Part shown: piece by piece, positions 1-11,784 of the stretch
Position numbering within the stretch: the stretch's first letter is position 1
Layout of the letters: each line of letters opens with the position of its first letter
Source: an uncultured Collinsella sp.
GTDB lineage: Bacteria > Actinomycetota > Coriobacteriia > Coriobacteriales > Coriobacteriaceae
Direction: 5' to 3'
NCBI GenBank assembly: GCA_902479045.1
Contig: CABSNI010000004.1
Coordinates: 7,839 to 71,838 of the forward strand
DNA length: 64,000 nt
Notes under the pieces: model-generated
The model's input: the letters and a program-made list of their open reading frames with translations, nothing else
What the model was told of the DNA's origin: nothing
Database searches by the model: none
Made by a program: the position numbers and the translations under genes

Positions 1-568
1 GTTCGTGGCGCTCGACGAGGCGTTTGGGCGCCTGGCTGCGGCGTCTCCGGCCGATCTGGCGCCCATTGAGGCGGCGTACATCGACGTGCGCACGCCGGCG
101 TTGACGGCGCAGCTCACGCGCCTGTCGTATCGCATCGACTTGCACCTGGATCCCGAGGCGCCCGTAAGCGCCGACGAGGTGCGTCGTGCGATCGACACGC
201 TGCGCGCGGATCATGGCATCGACTACGCGCGCGGCAAAAAGAGCAAGCGCTTGGATTTGGATCACACGCTCGTTGGCTATGAGCTCACGGCGGGGGAGCG
301 CCCGGACCATTTGGTGCTCATGCTCGACACCTATGCCGACAACGAGGGCTCCATGCGTCCGGAAATTTTGCTTTCTGCTGCTGATGTTTTGTTGCAGGGC
401 TTGACCCCGGGCGTGGATGCACCTATTGTTTCCACCGGTATGCAAGACCTCGTGACCATCTGCTCCTACGATGTCGAGCGTCAGAATCAAGCATGCGAGG
501 ACGATGAGGGCCGACTCGTCAGCCCCATACCTGTGCGAACTTGTGGATTTGCTCCACATACTCGTTGA
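1..568 (+). CDS. Radical SAM-associated protein (DUF2344/TIGR03936-like), 5' truncated by window edge
   Basis: Open frame from window start; C-terminal GSMRPE segment and position upstream of rplU fit this family; assignment from memory only. Confidence 0.5.
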   Translation, partial: FVALDEAFGRLAAASPADLAPIEAAYIDVRTPALTAQLTRLSYRIDLHLDPEAPVSADEVRRAIDTLRADHGIDYARGKKSKRLDLDHTLVGYELTAGERPDHLVLMLDTYADNEGSMRPEILLSAADVLLQGLTPGVDAPIVSTGMQDLVTICSYDVERQNQACEDDEGRLVSPIPVRTCGFAPHTR

Positions 569-593
569 CGGGGTTATTTTCGCCTGCTACTAT
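565..593 (+). promoter_or_regulatory. sigma70-type promoter of rplU-rpmA
   Basis: TTGACG (565-570), 17 nt spacer, TGcTACTAT extended -10 (588-593). Confidence 0.65.
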
Positions 594-635
594 ATTCGAC
601 TGTTGCACTAACTGATGCATGAAGGGCAAGTAAAC

Positions 636-1010
636 ATGTACGCAATCGTTAACACGGGCGGCAAGCAGTACAAGGTCGCCACCGACGATGTCATCACCGT
701 CGAGAAGATTGAGGGCAATGAGGGCGACAAGGTCACCCTGCCGGTTATCTTCCTCAACGATGGTAAGAAGATCGTCACCGATCCCGACAAGCTGGCCAAG
801 GCCAAGGTTACCGCTCAGATCGTTGAGCAGTTCAAGGGCGAGAAGCAGCTGGTCTTCAAGTTCCACAAGCGCAAGCGCTATCGTCGTCTGAAGGGTCACC
901 GTCAGCAGCTCACCAAGCTGAAGATCGTGAAGGTTCAGGCTACCTCCCGCGCCAAGAAGGCTGTCAAGGCAGAGGCTGAGGCTGTTGCCGAGGCTCCCGT
1001 CGCCGAGTAG
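636..1010 (+). CDS. rplU: 50S ribosomal protein L21
   Basis: MYAIVNTGGKQYKV...KGHRQQLT. Confidence 0.97.
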   Translation: MYAIVNTGGKQYKVATDDVITVEKIEGNEGDKVTLPVIFLNDGKKIVTDPDKLAKAKVTAQIVEQFKGEKQLVFKFHKRKRYRRLKGHRQQLTKLKIVKVQATSRAKKAVKAEAEAVAEAPVAE

Positions 1011-1043
1011 ATTACACTCGTAACGAAAGAGTAGGTATACACA

Positions 1044-1301
1044 ATGGCACACAAAAAAGGACTCGGTTCCTCCCGTAATGGCCGTGACTCCCGCGGTCAG
1101 CGCCTTGGCACGAAGCGCTATGCCGGCCAGACGGTAACCACGGGCACGATTCTCGTCCGTCAGCACGGCACGCACATCCACCCGGGTGAGAACGTTGGCC
1201 GTGGTAAGGACGACACGCTGTTCGCGCTGGTCGACGGTACCGTTGAGTTCCACAAGGGTATCAAGCACAGGGTCAGCGTACGCCCGCTCGCGAACGCGTA
1301 A
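1044..1301 (+). CDS. rpmA: 50S ribosomal protein L27
   Basis: [27 protein letters not shown]. Confidence 0.98.
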   Translation: MAHKKGLGSSRNGRDSRGQRLGTKRYAGQTVTTGTILVRQHGTHIHPGENVGRGKDDTLFALVDGTVEFHKGIKHRVSVRPLANA

Positions 1302-1326
1302 TTCACCCTTCATAGAGCACATATGT

Positions 1327-1370
1327 GGGAGGCACTTGAGTTTTAGGATTCAAGGGTCTCCCTCTTTTTT
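1327..1370 (+). terminator. Putative intrinsic terminator after rpmA
   Basis: GGGAGGC-ACTTGAG...TTCAAGG-GTCTCCC stem followed by TCTTTTTT. Confidence 0.55.
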
Positions 1371-1374
1371 GTAG

Positions 1375-2853
<1,479 letters not shown>

Positions 2854-2856
2854 GCC

Positions 2857-3534
2857 ATGTCGCTGCGCGGTGGAATCGGTCTGCCCGAGCTTCCTCTAGA
2901 GGACGGGCGGGAGTTTAGGCTCGGCATTATGGGCGGCACATTCGACCCGATTCATTACGGGCACTTGGTGACTGCCGAGCAGGCGCGCGAGTCGCTCGAC
3001 TTGGACGCTGTGCTCTTTATGCCGGCGGGCTCTCCTGCCTTTAAGCTTGACAAGCCGGTGACGCCTGCCGAGGACCGTTATGCCATGACGGTCCTCGCCA
3101 CCGCTGCGAACCCGGCCTTTTTGGCGAGCCGGTTCGAGATCGACCGTCCGGGTGTAACCTATACGGCCGATACGCTTCATGCCCTTCGCGACTTTTACCC
3201 GCCGCAGGTAAAGCTCTACTTTATTACGGGCGCCGACGCGATTATCGATATCGTGACCTGGCATGATGCTGAACGAATCGCTGAGCTTGCTACCTTTATT
3301 GCGGCAACGCGACCGGGCTTTGATATCGATACGGCGCGTGCCCGAATCAAAGAGTCGGGGCTGCCGTTCGACGTGCGCTATATTCAGATTCCGGCGCTAG
3401 CGATCAGCTCGACGAACATTCGTAAGCGTGTTGCCCGCGGTATGAGCGTACGCTATCTTACGAGCGAGTCCGTGCTCGGCTACATTCGCAAACGCAGGCT
3501 ATATGCCGATTTGGGCCAAGAAGATTTTGAGTGA
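2857..3534 (+). CDS. nadD: Nicotinate-nucleotide adenylyltransferase
   Basis: GGTFDPIHYGH, ISSTNIR. Confidence 0.95.
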   Translation: MSLRGGIGLPELPLEDGREFRLGIMGGTFDPIHYGHLVTAEQARESLDLDAVLFMPAGSPAFKLDKPVTPAEDRYAMTVLATAANPAFLASRFEIDRPGVTYTADTLHALRDFYPPQVKLYFITGADAIIDIVTWHDAERIAELATFIAATRPGFDIDTARARIKESGLPFDVRYIQIPALAISSTNIRKRVARGMSVRYLTSESVLGYIRKRRLYADLGQEDFE

Positions 3535-3546
3535 TGGGGGTCTACG

Positions 3547-4155
3547 TTGTCGGTAGAGGATCAGTTTGAGGGCGATGAGCGCGCGCTGCTCAGGCGCATT
3601 CAAGAGCTGCTCGATGTTCGCATGAAGGATAAGCGCAAGCGCTATGTGCATTCGCTGGGTGTTGCCGAGACCGCACTTCATCTGGCCGAGGTCTACGGCG
3701 TCGACCGCTTTGATGCCGCTGCCGCCGGCTTGATCCACGACTGGGACAAGGTGCTTTCCGATGACGAGCTGGTCACGCGCGCTCTGCATTACGGCATTAA
3801 GATTGCCGGCTCTCCTTCTGCCGCGACGCCGCTTTTGCATGGCCCTGTTGCCGCCTATGAGCTTCCGCAGCTTTTTCCCGAGCTGTCGCCGGCCGTTTTC
3901 CAGGCTGTCGACCGTCACACCGTGGGCGCCTGCGACATGACGCCGCTCGATATGGTGGTCTTTGTGGCCGATGCCATCGAGCCCAACCGCCACGGCGACT
4001 ATGCGCATGCGCTGCGTAAGATGGTGGGGGAGTCGACGCTCGATGAGTTGTTCTTCTCCTGTTTTGCGCAGGGTCTGGTCTATGTGATCCAGTCCGGGCG
4101 CTATCTTTATCCCACGGCTATTACGATTTACAACCATTACGCCCAGCTGCGCTAG
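3547..4155 (+). CDS. yqeK: HD-domain Ap4A hydrolase YqeK
   Basis: RYVHSLGV, IHDWDK, LLHGPVAA, ADAIEPNR; between nadD and rsfS. Confidence 0.88.
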   Translation: MSVEDQFEGDERALLRRIQELLDVRMKDKRKRYVHSLGVAETALHLAEVYGVDRFDAAAAGLIHDWDKVLSDDELVTRALHYGIKIAGSPSAATPLLHGPVAAYELPQLFPELSPAVFQAVDRHTVGACDMTPLDMVVFVADAIEPNRHGDYAHALRKMVGESTLDELFFSCFAQGLVYVIQSGRYLYPTAITIYNHYAQLR

Positions 4156-4182
4156 CTCGGGCTGTCTAGAAAGAGGTATTCC

Positions 4183-4638
4183 ATGGCCGACGAGACCATG
4201 ACCGACGAGCAGATTCTTGAAGGTGTGGAGCACAAGAGCTTCGCCGCCACGTCCGACCGCACTGCCGCCTCGCTGTCCGCGAGCGGTGTCGCCGCCGAGG
4301 ATGTCGCCCGCGCCGCCGCGCAGGCCGCCTACGACAAGAAGGGCGAGGACGTTCAGGTGCTCGACCTGACCGAGCTTTCCGACGTATGCGACTACTTTGT
4401 GCTTGCCACCGGTACCAACAACCGCCAGGTCGATTCTATCGTCGACGAGATCGAGGAGAAGGTCGCCGAGGCTTGCGGCGAGCACCCGTTCTCCATCGAG
4501 GGTCGCGAGCAGAAGACCTGGATGCTCATGGACTATGGTTCGGTTGTCGTCCACGTCTTCACTCCCGAAGCCCGCGACTTCTACCGCCTAGAAAAGCTCT
4601 GGGGCGACGCCCCCCAGCTCCCCCTCAACCTCCTCTAG
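4183..4638 (+). CDS. rsfS: Ribosome silencing factor RsfS
   Basis: DKKGEDV, DYFVLATG, WMLMDYGSVVVHVF, RDFYRLEKLW. Confidence 0.95.
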   Translation: MADETMTDEQILEGVEHKSFAATSDRTAASLSASGVAAEDVARAAAQAAYDKKGEDVQVLDLTELSDVCDYFVLATGTNNRQVDSIVDEIEEKVAEACGEHPFSIEGREQKTWMLMDYGSVVVHVFTPEARDFYRLEKLWGDAPQLPLNLL

Positions 4639-4733
4639 TAGCTCATTTGAGACGGGGTTAGCTACCCTCACGCATATCGCCGGGCAGTTGCGGTTTTCCG
4701 CACCTGTCCGGCTTTCTTTTTGCCCAAAGGCTG

Positions 4734-5987
4734 TTAATCGTTGAAGCGGGATTGGCGGCCGAAGGAAAGGGCGGTGTCGCCGAATTTGTCTCGGACGGCG
4801 TCGATGGCGACGGAGAGGTCGCGGCGGTTGCTGGATTGGGCTCCGCGGTCATCAATCTCGCAGAACAGGTCAGTCTGGATGCCGCCTTGGTGGTCGAAGT
4901 CGCTCATGCCGATGCCCGCCAGGCGCACATGCATGCCTTCCTGCCAGATGTTGTCGAGCAGATCGAGTGCAACCGCCACGAAGATGTTCTCATCGTCGGT
5001 CGGATGAGGCAGCCGGCGCTGTGCCGTACGCCCGCTGCCATACGAATACTTAAGCTTGAGCGTTACCGTGGCGCCCGTTAGTCCCTGACGGCGCAGACGG
5101 CGTCCCACTGACTCTCCCAACAGCGCAATCGCCGCCTCAATATCCCCATGCTCAGTCAAATCTTTAGCAAAGGTGCGCTCGTTGCTCACCGATTTAACTT
5201 CGCGTTCCTCGTCCAGGCTCGTGACCTCAGAAACCTCGAGCCCCAACGCACGCTGGCGCATACGCTCGCCATTCACGCCAAAAATAGAGGCCAAGGTGGA
5301 TTCCGGTGCGCGTGACAGTTCGCCAAGCGTGTAGATGCGCATGCGGCGCAGCCGTTCCTCGGCCGAGCGTCCGATGCCGCTCATGGCAGATACCGGCAGC
5401 GCGGCCAAAAAGCGCTGCTCGGTTCCGGGGCGCACGATGGTCAGCCCAAACGGCTTATCCCGCTCGCTTGCGATCTTTGCGACCGTCTTGTTGCAGCCCA
5501 CGCCAATGGAACAGGTCACTCCCAGCCCTGCCACGCGGTCGCTTATACGCCGCGCAACCAGCAGCGGGTCTTCGGGCGCAAAGCGACCCGGTGTGATATC
5601 GATAAAGGCTTCGTCGATGGATACGCGCTCAACACGCGGGGTCTCGTCGGCGAGAATCGCCATGACCTGCGCGCTCACCTCGCGGTATCGGTCAAAGTGC
5701 CCGTGTGTCCAAATGGCTTGCGGGCACAAGCGCCGTGCCTCGGCCGAGGCCATGGCAGAGTGCACGCCAAAGCGACGCGCCTCATACGAACACGTGGACA
5801 CGACGCCACGCGAATCGGCGTCTCCGCCCACGATGAGCGGCTTTCCTCGCCATTCGGGATGATCGAGCATTTCCACGCTCGCAAAAAACGCATCGAGGTC
5901 CATGAGGCCAACCGCCGGACCCGTCCAGGGAGGCGGCGTGACGCCCATGGCATCCTCATAACCGTATGTATGTTCGCGTCTTTCCAT
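4734..5987 (-). CDS. dinB: DNA polymerase IV (Y-family); alternative start at 5948
   Basis: DLDAFFASVE, SYEARRFGVHSAM, SIDEAF, AKIASERDKPFG. Confidence 0.95.
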   Translation of the reverse strand: MERREHTYGYEDAMGVTPPPWTGPAVGLMDLDAFFASVEMLDHPEWRGKPLIVGGDADSRGVVSTCSYEARRFGVHSAMASAEARRLCPQAIWTHGHFDRYREVSAQVMAILADETPRVERVSIDEAFIDITPGRFAPEDPLLVARRISDRVAGLGVTCSIGVGCNKTVAKIASERDKPFGLTIVRPGTEQRFLAALPVSAMSGIGRSAEERLRRMRIYTLGELSRAPESTLASIFGVNGERMRQRALGLEVSEVTSLDEEREVKSVSNERTFAKDLTEHGDIEAAIALLGESVGRRLRRQGLTGATVTLKLKYSYGSGRTAQRRLPHPTDDENIFVAVALDLLDNIWQEGMHVRLAGIGMSDFDHQGGIQTDLFCEIDDRGAQSSNRRDLSVAIDAVRDKFGDTALSFGRQSRFND

Positions 5988-6188
5988 GTCATGAGTATAC
6001 CGCGCAGCTCATGTGGGGTGCGTGTATGTGCTTGCAAATCCCGAATTCTTGTCTAAGATATGGATTTGCCCTCGACTACACCGAAGAAGTTGGTCTCACG
6101 GACTTCACCTGCCCGCGTCGATGGCGTATTATATTCAACTGTTTGTTTGTAGTTGCAGCCTAAAGCTGCTTGGTTGGAGGAGTTTCCT

Positions 6189-6530
6189 TTGGCAGTCAAG
6201 ATTCGCCTTGCTCGTCACGGCGCTAAGAAGCGTCCGTACTACCGTGTCGTCGTCGCCGATTCCCGCGCCCCGCGTGACGGTCGTATCATCGAGGAGGTTG
6301 GCCGCTACAACCCGATGACCGCCCCCAAGACCATCAAGCTCGACCTCGAGAAGATCGCCGACTGGCAGTCCAAGGGCGCTCAGCTCACCGACGCCGTCGC
6401 CGCTCTGGTCAAGGCCGCCAACGAGGGCGAGAAGACCGAGACCGTCGTCAAGAAGTCCAAGAAGCAGCTCGCCAAAGAGGCCGAGGCCGCTAAGGCTGCC
6501 GCTGAGGCCGCTGAGGGCGCCGAGGAGTAA
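6189..6530 (+). CDS. rpsP: 30S ribosomal protein S16
   Basis: TTG start after [32 protein letters not shown]. Confidence 0.97.
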   Translation: MAVKIRLARHGAKKRPYYRVVVADSRAPRDGRIIEEVGRYNPMTAPKTIKLDLEKIADWQSKGAQLTDAVAALVKAANEGEKTETVVKKSKKQLAKEAEAAKAAAEAAEGAEE

Positions 6531-6533
6531 ATC

Positions 6534-6818
6534 GTGCCTGAGGTTGACGCTGCACAGCTCGAGGGTGAGGCAATGCTCTCAGATCGCATCGCCGATCTCG
6601 TCGAATATCTCGTTGTTCAGATCGTCGACGACCCGGATTCCGTGAGCCTTGAGGTCATCGATGGTGACGACGCCTCTACAATTGAGGTTTCGGTCGCCGA
6701 GGATGACGTCGCTAAGGTCATCGGCCGTCGTGGCCGTACCATCAAGGCCATTCGCACGCTCGCCCGTGCACTGGCCGCTCGCCTCGACACTGCTGTCGAG
6801 GTAGAGGTTCTGGGCTAG
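6534..6818 (+). CDS. khpA: KH-domain RNA-binding protein KhpA (start may be ATG 6573)
   Basis: VIGRRGRTIKAIRTL; between rpsP and rimM. Confidence 0.9.
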   Translation: MPEVDAAQLEGEAMLSDRIADLVEYLVVQIVDDPDSVSLEVIDGDDASTIEVSVAEDDVAKVIGRRGRTIKAIRTLARALAARLDTAVEVEVLG

Positions 6819-6822
6819 AACC

Positions 6823-7344
6823 TTGAGGTCCCAGTACAAAAACATCGCCCGTGTGGTCAAGCCGCACGGAAGGAAGGGGGAGGTCCTCGCGCAGCCGCTG
6901 CGGGGGCTTCCTTCTGTATTAGAGCCGGGTATGCGGGTCGCCCTGACGCCGCCGGCGCTCAAGCGCGACCGCTTTTGCACGGTCGTGTCCGTCACCGATA
7001 CGGGCGATGGCGATCTGGTCTCGTTTGAGGGCATTGACGACTTGACGGCCGCCGAGGGCATCACGGGATGCTACGTGCTGGCAAATCGTGACGATTTTGA
7101 GCTCGATTCGCTTGACGCTGCCTATACCGACCTGATGGGTCGCGAGGTGGTCGACGAGCGCTTCGGTTTGCTCGGCACGATCGTAGAGATCATGTCGACG
7201 CCCGCTAACGATGTTTGGGTTGTTGAGGGCGATCGGTACGGCGAGGTACTGATTCCCGTGATCGAGCAGGTCGTGCTCGATCTTCCCGACTCAGGAACAA
7301 TTTCCGTCCACGTTATGGACGGCCTGATCGATATGGACAAGTAG
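6823..7344 (+). CDS. rimM: Ribosome maturation factor RimM
   Basis: KPHGRKGEV, ANDVWVV, LIPVI. Confidence 0.92.
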   Translation: MRSQYKNIARVVKPHGRKGEVLAQPLRGLPSVLEPGMRVALTPPALKRDRFCTVVSVTDTGDGDLVSFEGIDDLTAAEGITGCYVLANRDDFELDSLDAAYTDLMGREVVDERFGLLGTIVEIMSTPANDVWVVEGDRYGEVLIPVIEQVVLDLPDSGTISVHVMDGLIDMDK

Positions 7345-7354
7345 GGAGGACAAC

Positions 7355-8113
7355 ATGCTGATCGAGACCCTTTCGGTCTTTCCCGAGATGTTTGAGCCCG
7401 TCATGTCCACATCGATCTTGGGCCGCGCCCGCAAGGCCGGCCTTTTTGATTTTAAGGCGTATAACCTGCGCGACTGGACGCACGACCGCCATCGTACCGT
7501 CGATGACGAGCCGTACGGCGGCGGGCAGGGCATGCTCATGAAGGTCGAGCCTATTGCCGAGGCCATCGAGGCCATCAGCTCCGAGGGTCCCAAGCCCACC
7601 GTAGTGTTCTTCACCCCCTGTGGCGAGCCCTTTACGCAACATGTGGCCGAGCGCCTGCTCAAAAGTGAGCGCCTGCTGTTTGTGTGCAGCCGCTACGAGG
7701 GCGTCGACGAGCGTGCGTATGCGTATGCCGATGAGCGTCTGTCGATCGGCGACTACGTGCTTACGGGTGGCGAACTTCCCGCTATGGTCGTTGCCGATGC
7801 CGTCGTACGCCTGATTCCCGGCGCCCTGGGCGACGAGATGAGCAATGTGGACGAGTCGTTCTCGACCGCCGAGGACGGAGGCCTGCTCGAGTACGCGCAG
7901 TACACCCGTCCCGCCGAGTTCAACGGCGAGGGCGTGCCGCCGGTGCTCGTGAGTGGCGATCACGCCAAGGTCGATGCCTGGCGTCGCAAGAACGCCATCG
8001 AGCGCACCTGCCGCTGGCGTCCCGATCTGATCGAGACGGCGCGCCTTACGCCCCAGGAGCGTGCGTACGCGCAGGAGATTTTGGACGCTTCGTATTCGCA
8101 GAGCGAGGAGTGA
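7355..8113 (+). CDS. trmD: tRNA (guanine37-N1)-methyltransferase
   Basis: DDEPYGGGQGM, RYEGVDER, SIGDYVLTGGE. Confidence 0.97.
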   Translation: MLIETLSVFPEMFEPVMSTSILGRARKAGLFDFKAYNLRDWTHDRHRTVDDEPYGGGQGMLMKVEPIAEAIEAISSEGPKPTVVFFTPCGEPFTQHVAERLLKSERLLFVCSRYEGVDERAYAYADERLSIGDYVLTGGELPAMVVADAVVRLIPGALGDEMSNVDESFSTAEDGGLLEYAQYTRPAEFNGEGVPPVLVSGDHAKVDAWRRKNAIERTCRWRPDLIETARLTPQERAYAQEILDASYSQSEE

Positions 8114-8115
8114 GA

Positions 8116-8679
8116 ATGGTTCCATCGCAGCATTCCGCGTTGAGGGGCGCTTTTGAGTGGATCGCGGTCATCGCGATCGCATTGGTCGCCACCTTCTTGA
8201 TTCGCTCGTTTGTGGTCGAGCCCTTTGTGGTACCCACCGGCTCCATGGAGTCCACGATCGAGATTGGCGACCAGATCCTGGCACAAAAGGTGAGCCTCGA
8301 GCTCGGTCAGCCCGTCAAGCAGGGCGATATCGTGGTGTTTCACAACCCCGATGGCACCTCCGAGCATGATGTTCTTGTCAAGCGTGTTATTGCCACGGCC
8401 GGCCAGACGGTCGACCTGCAGGATGGCAAGGTGGTCGTTGACGGCCAAGCGCTCGACGAGGACTATACGACGGGCATGAGCTGGCCACTTTCGGTCCAAG
8501 CGCCCGGTGCTCAGGTAAGCTATCCCTACACCGTTCCCGACGGGTGCGTGTGGGTGATGGGCGACAACCGCGAAAACTCTGCCGACTCACGCTACTTTGG
8601 TCCCGTCGATCGCTCTGATTTGATCGCTGTGGCGCTTGTGCGCTACTGGCCGCTCAACCGCATCGGCGCTATCGACTAA
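8116..8679 (+). CDS. lepB: Signal peptidase I
   Basis: N-terminal TM helix, PTGSME, LVKRVI, GDNRENSADSRYFG. Confidence 0.95.
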   Translation: MVPSQHSALRGAFEWIAVIAIALVATFLIRSFVVEPFVVPTGSMESTIEIGDQILAQKVSLELGQPVKQGDIVVFHNPDGTSEHDVLVKRVIATAGQTVDLQDGKVVVDGQALDEDYTTGMSWPLSVQAPGAQVSYPYTVPDGCVWVMGDNRENSADSRYFGPVDRSDLIAVALVRYWPLNRIGAID

Positions 8680-8738
8680 AAACCGCTATAGTACAGTACC
8701 TAACCGTGTAATCGTTTCGACGAGGGGATATTAGAGGC

Positions 8739-9650
8739 ATGAACGCTTCATCGCTTTCCTTCCAAGACATCATCCTGCGCCTCCAGCAGTACTGGGGCGA
8801 GCGGGGCTGCGTCATTATGCAGCCCTATGACTCCGAGGTCGGTGCCGGTACCTTCCATACCGCGACCACGCTGCGCTCGCTCGGTCCCGCCGAGTGGCGC
8901 ACCTGCTATGCGCAGCCCTGCCGCCGTCCCGCCGACGGCCGCTACGGCGAGAACCCCAACCGCATGCAGCACTACTATCAGTTCCAGGTGCTCATCAAGC
9001 CTTCTCCGGTTAACGCCCAGGAGCTCTACCTGGGGTCTCTTGCCGCTATCGGTCTGGACCCCAACGACCATGACGTCCGCTTTGTCGAGGACGACTGGGA
9101 GAGCCCGACGCTCGGCGCCTGGGGCCTTGGCTGGGAGGTCTGGCTCAATGGCATGGAGGTCACGCAGTTTACGTACTTCCAGCAGGTGGGCGGCATCGAG
9201 GTCGACCCCGTGCCCGTCGAGATCACCTACGGCCTGGAGCGTATCGCCATGTACGCCCAGGGCGTTAACTCGGTCTACGACCTGGTGTGGAGCTACCTGC
9301 CCGACGGCACGCCCATGACCTATGGCGACGTGTTCCTCGAGAACGAGCGCGAGTTCAGTGCCTATAACTTTGAGGTCGCCAACGTCGAGATGATGCGTCA
9401 GAAGTTTGACGACTACGAGGCCGAGTGCCATTCCTGCCTGGAGCGCAAGCTGCCGCTGCCGGCATATGACTGCGTCATGAAGTGCAGCCACGCTTTCAAC
9501 CTGCTCGATGCTCGCGGCGCCCTGTCCGCGGTCGAGCGTGCCAACTACATCCTGCGCGTCCGCGCCGTCGCCAAGGCGTGCTGCGAGGCCTACATGGCCG
9601 AGGTCGCCGGAGTCAACGAGAATGCCGATCAGGAAGGCGAGGTGGCGTAA
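8739..9650 (+). CDS. glyQ: Glycine--tRNA ligase alpha subunit
   Basis: [28 protein letters not shown]. Confidence 0.97.
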   Translation: MNASSLSFQDIILRLQQYWGERGCVIMQPYDSEVGAGTFHTATTLRSLGPAEWRTCYAQPCRRPADGRYGENPNRMQHYYQFQVLIKPSPVNAQELYLGSLAAIGLDPNDHDVRFVEDDWESPTLGAWGLGWEVWLNGMEVTQFTYFQQVGGIEVDPVPVEITYGLERIAMYAQGVNSVYDLVWSYLPDGTPMTYGDVFLENEREFSAYNFEVANVEMMRQKFDDYEAECHSCLERKLPLPAYDCVMKCSHAFNLLDARGALSAVERANYILRVRAVAKACCEAYMAEVAGVNENADQEGEVA

Positions 9651-9653
9651 GCC

Positions 9654-11750
9654 ATGGCAGACGCTAAGGATTTCCTGTTTGAGATCGGTACGGAAGAAAT
9701 GCCCTCCGCACCGCTGAACAATGCCGTCAAGCAGCTTGGCACCATGATCGCCAAGGGTCTCGACGAGGCCGGCCTGGCCCACGGCGAGGTCCGCGTGATC
9801 TCGAGCCCGCGCCGCCTGGCTGCGCTCGTTGCCGACGTCGCCACCGCGACCGACGAGGTTCACGAGGTCAAGCGCGGCCCCGCGGCCAACATCGCCTTCG
9901 ATGCCGACGGTAACGCCACCAAGGCCGCCCAGGGCTTCGCCCGCAAGTGCGGTGTGGCTGCCGAGGATCTGGTCCGTCGCGTGGACACCGACGGCCGTGA
10001 GTACGTCTTTGCCGAGAAGAACATCCCTTCCGCCCCGGCCACCCCGATCCTGACGGCCCTGTGCGAGAAGACTATCGCTGGCCTGCAGTGGCCCAACTAC
10101 CGCTCTCAGCGCTGGGGTCACGAGCATGCGACCTTTGTTCGTCCGGTCCGCTGGATCTGCTGCCTTCTGGGCGAGGACGTTGTGCCCGTGTCGTTTGCCG
10201 ACGTGACGAGTGGCAACACCACGCGTGGTCATCGCGTGCTTGGCCCCGGTGACCATGTGGTCGCCAGCCCCGCCGTCTACGAGCAGGTGCTCGAGGACGC
10301 CGGCGTGCTTTCTGCCGAGCGCCGTCGCGAGGCCATCCTTGCCGGTATCGCCGAGGTCGAGGCTGCCCGTCCCGGCTGCCATGTCGATACGCCCAAGAAG
10401 GTCTTTGAGGAGGTCATCAACCTCTGCGAGTGGCCGACGGTGCTCGTCGGTACCTTCGATGAGGAGTTCCTCAAGGTCCCGCACGAGATCATCTGCGAGT
10501 CCATGCTCACCAACCAGCGCTACTTCCCGATCTATGACGGCGAGGGCAAGCTCACGCGTGAGTTCGTGGTTGTTTCCAACAGCAAGCCCGAGAACGCCGA
10601 GCGCGTGATCGACGGCAACGAGCGCGTCGTGCGCGCCCGTCTGGACGACGCCAAGTTCTTCTACGAGGAGGACCTGAAGATTTCCCTCGACGAGTTCCGT
10701 GAGCGTCTGGCCAAGGTCGCCTTCCAGGAGAAGCTCGGTAGCGTGCTCGCCAAGTCCGAGCGCATCGAGCAGCTCGCGCTCGCTATCGCCCGCGAGGCTC
10801 ATCTGGGCGCCCACCTTGCCGCCGATGCCGCTCGCGCCGCGCACCTGTGCAAGGCCGACCTGGTGTCTAACGCCGTCGTCGAGTTCACGAGCCAGCAGGG
10901 CGTGATGGGCGGTTATTACGCGACCGCGATGGGGGAGAACGACGAGGTCGCCCACGCCATCCGCGATCACTACCGTCCCCGCTTTGCCGGTGATGAGCTG
11001 CCCGAGGGCACCGCTGGCTGCATCGTGGCCTGCGCTGACAAGCTCGATACCATCGCCGGTATCTTTGCCATTGGCGAGCCCCCGACCGGCTCTTCGGACC
11101 CCTACGCGCTGCGTCGTGCCGCTATCGGCATCATCAACATCCTGCGCGACCGCCTGCCGATCGACCCCACGTCGCTCATCGACTTCGCCCTCGAGCTCTA
11201 CAGTGAGCAGGGCATTGAGTTCGACGCCGCCGAGGTCGCCCAGCAGGTTCGTGACTTCTTCCATGGCCGCCTGGTGAGCATGGCCCGCGACGAAAAGGTC
11301 CCGGCCGATACCGTTGCCGCCGTCTCCGCGGTGCACATCATCGCTCCGTCCGTCTTCTTCGCCCGCTGCGCCGCCCTCGACGAGGCCCGCAAGAACGATG
11401 CCGAGACCTTTGACAACCTGGCTACGGCCTATGCCCGTGCTGCGCATATCTCCAAGCCCGAGCTGGGCGCGGAGTATGACCGCAGCCTGATGGGCGAGGC
11501 CGAGCTCGCGCTCGCCGATGCTTCCGAGGCCGCTCAGACCGCCGTCGATGCCGCCCTTGCTGCCGAGGACTACCCGGCCGCATTTGCCGCCCTCGCCGCC
11601 CTGCGTGCCCCCATCGACCGCTTCTTCGACGAGGTTATGGTCATGGACAAGGACGAGCAGCTCCGCGATAATCGCCTTAAGCTGCTCAACCGCTTCGAGG
11701 CCGTTTTCTCCGGCATCGCCAACATCGGTGAACTTGCCCGCAAAAAGTAA
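9654..11750 (+). CDS. glyS: Glycine--tRNA ligase beta subunit
   Basis: FLFEIGTEEMP, GNERVVRARLDDAKFF, GSSDPYALRR. Confidence 0.96.
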   Translation: MADAKDFLFEIGTEEMPSAPLNNAVKQLGTMIAKGLDEAGLAHGEVRVISSPRRLAALVADVATATDEVHEVKRGPAANIAFDADGNATKAAQGFARKCGVAAEDLVRRVDTDGREYVFAEKNIPSAPATPILTALCEKTIAGLQWPNYRSQRWGHEHATFVRPVRWICCLLGEDVVPVSFADVTSGNTTRGHRVLGPGDHVVASPAVYEQVLEDAGVLSAERRREAILAGIAEVEAARPGCHVDTPKKVFEEVINLCEWPTVLVGTFDEEFLKVPHEIICESMLTNQRYFPIYDGEGKLTREFVVVSNSKPENAERVIDGNERVVRARLDDAKFFYEEDLKISLDEFRERLAKVAFQEKLGSVLAKSERIEQLALAIAREAHLGAHLAADAARAAHLCKADLVSNAVVEFTSQQGVMGGYYATAMGENDEVAHAIRDHYRPRFAGDELPEGTAGCIVACADKLDTIAGIFAIGEPPTGSSDPYALRRAAIGIINILRDRLPIDPTSLIDFALELYSEQGIEFDAAEVAQQVRDFFHGRLVSMARDEKVPADTVAAVSAVHIIAPSVFFARCAALDEARKNDAETFDNLATAYARAAHISKPELGAEYDRSLMGEAELALADASEAAQTAVDAALAAEDYPAAFAALAALRAPIDRFFDEVMVMDKDEQLRDNRLKLLNRFEAVFSGIANIGELARKK

Positions 11751-11784
11751 GCCAGCCTGCGCATAAGCGCAAAAGGAGCCCCGC

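Noticed and set aside
1011..1043. Missing prp protease gene between rplU and rpmA
   Set aside because: L27 begins MAHKKG with no N-terminal extension, so Prp is not expected.
8680..8738. T-box riboswitch before glyQS (also checked before proS)
   Set aside because: The intergenic space is far too short and has no T-box sequence.
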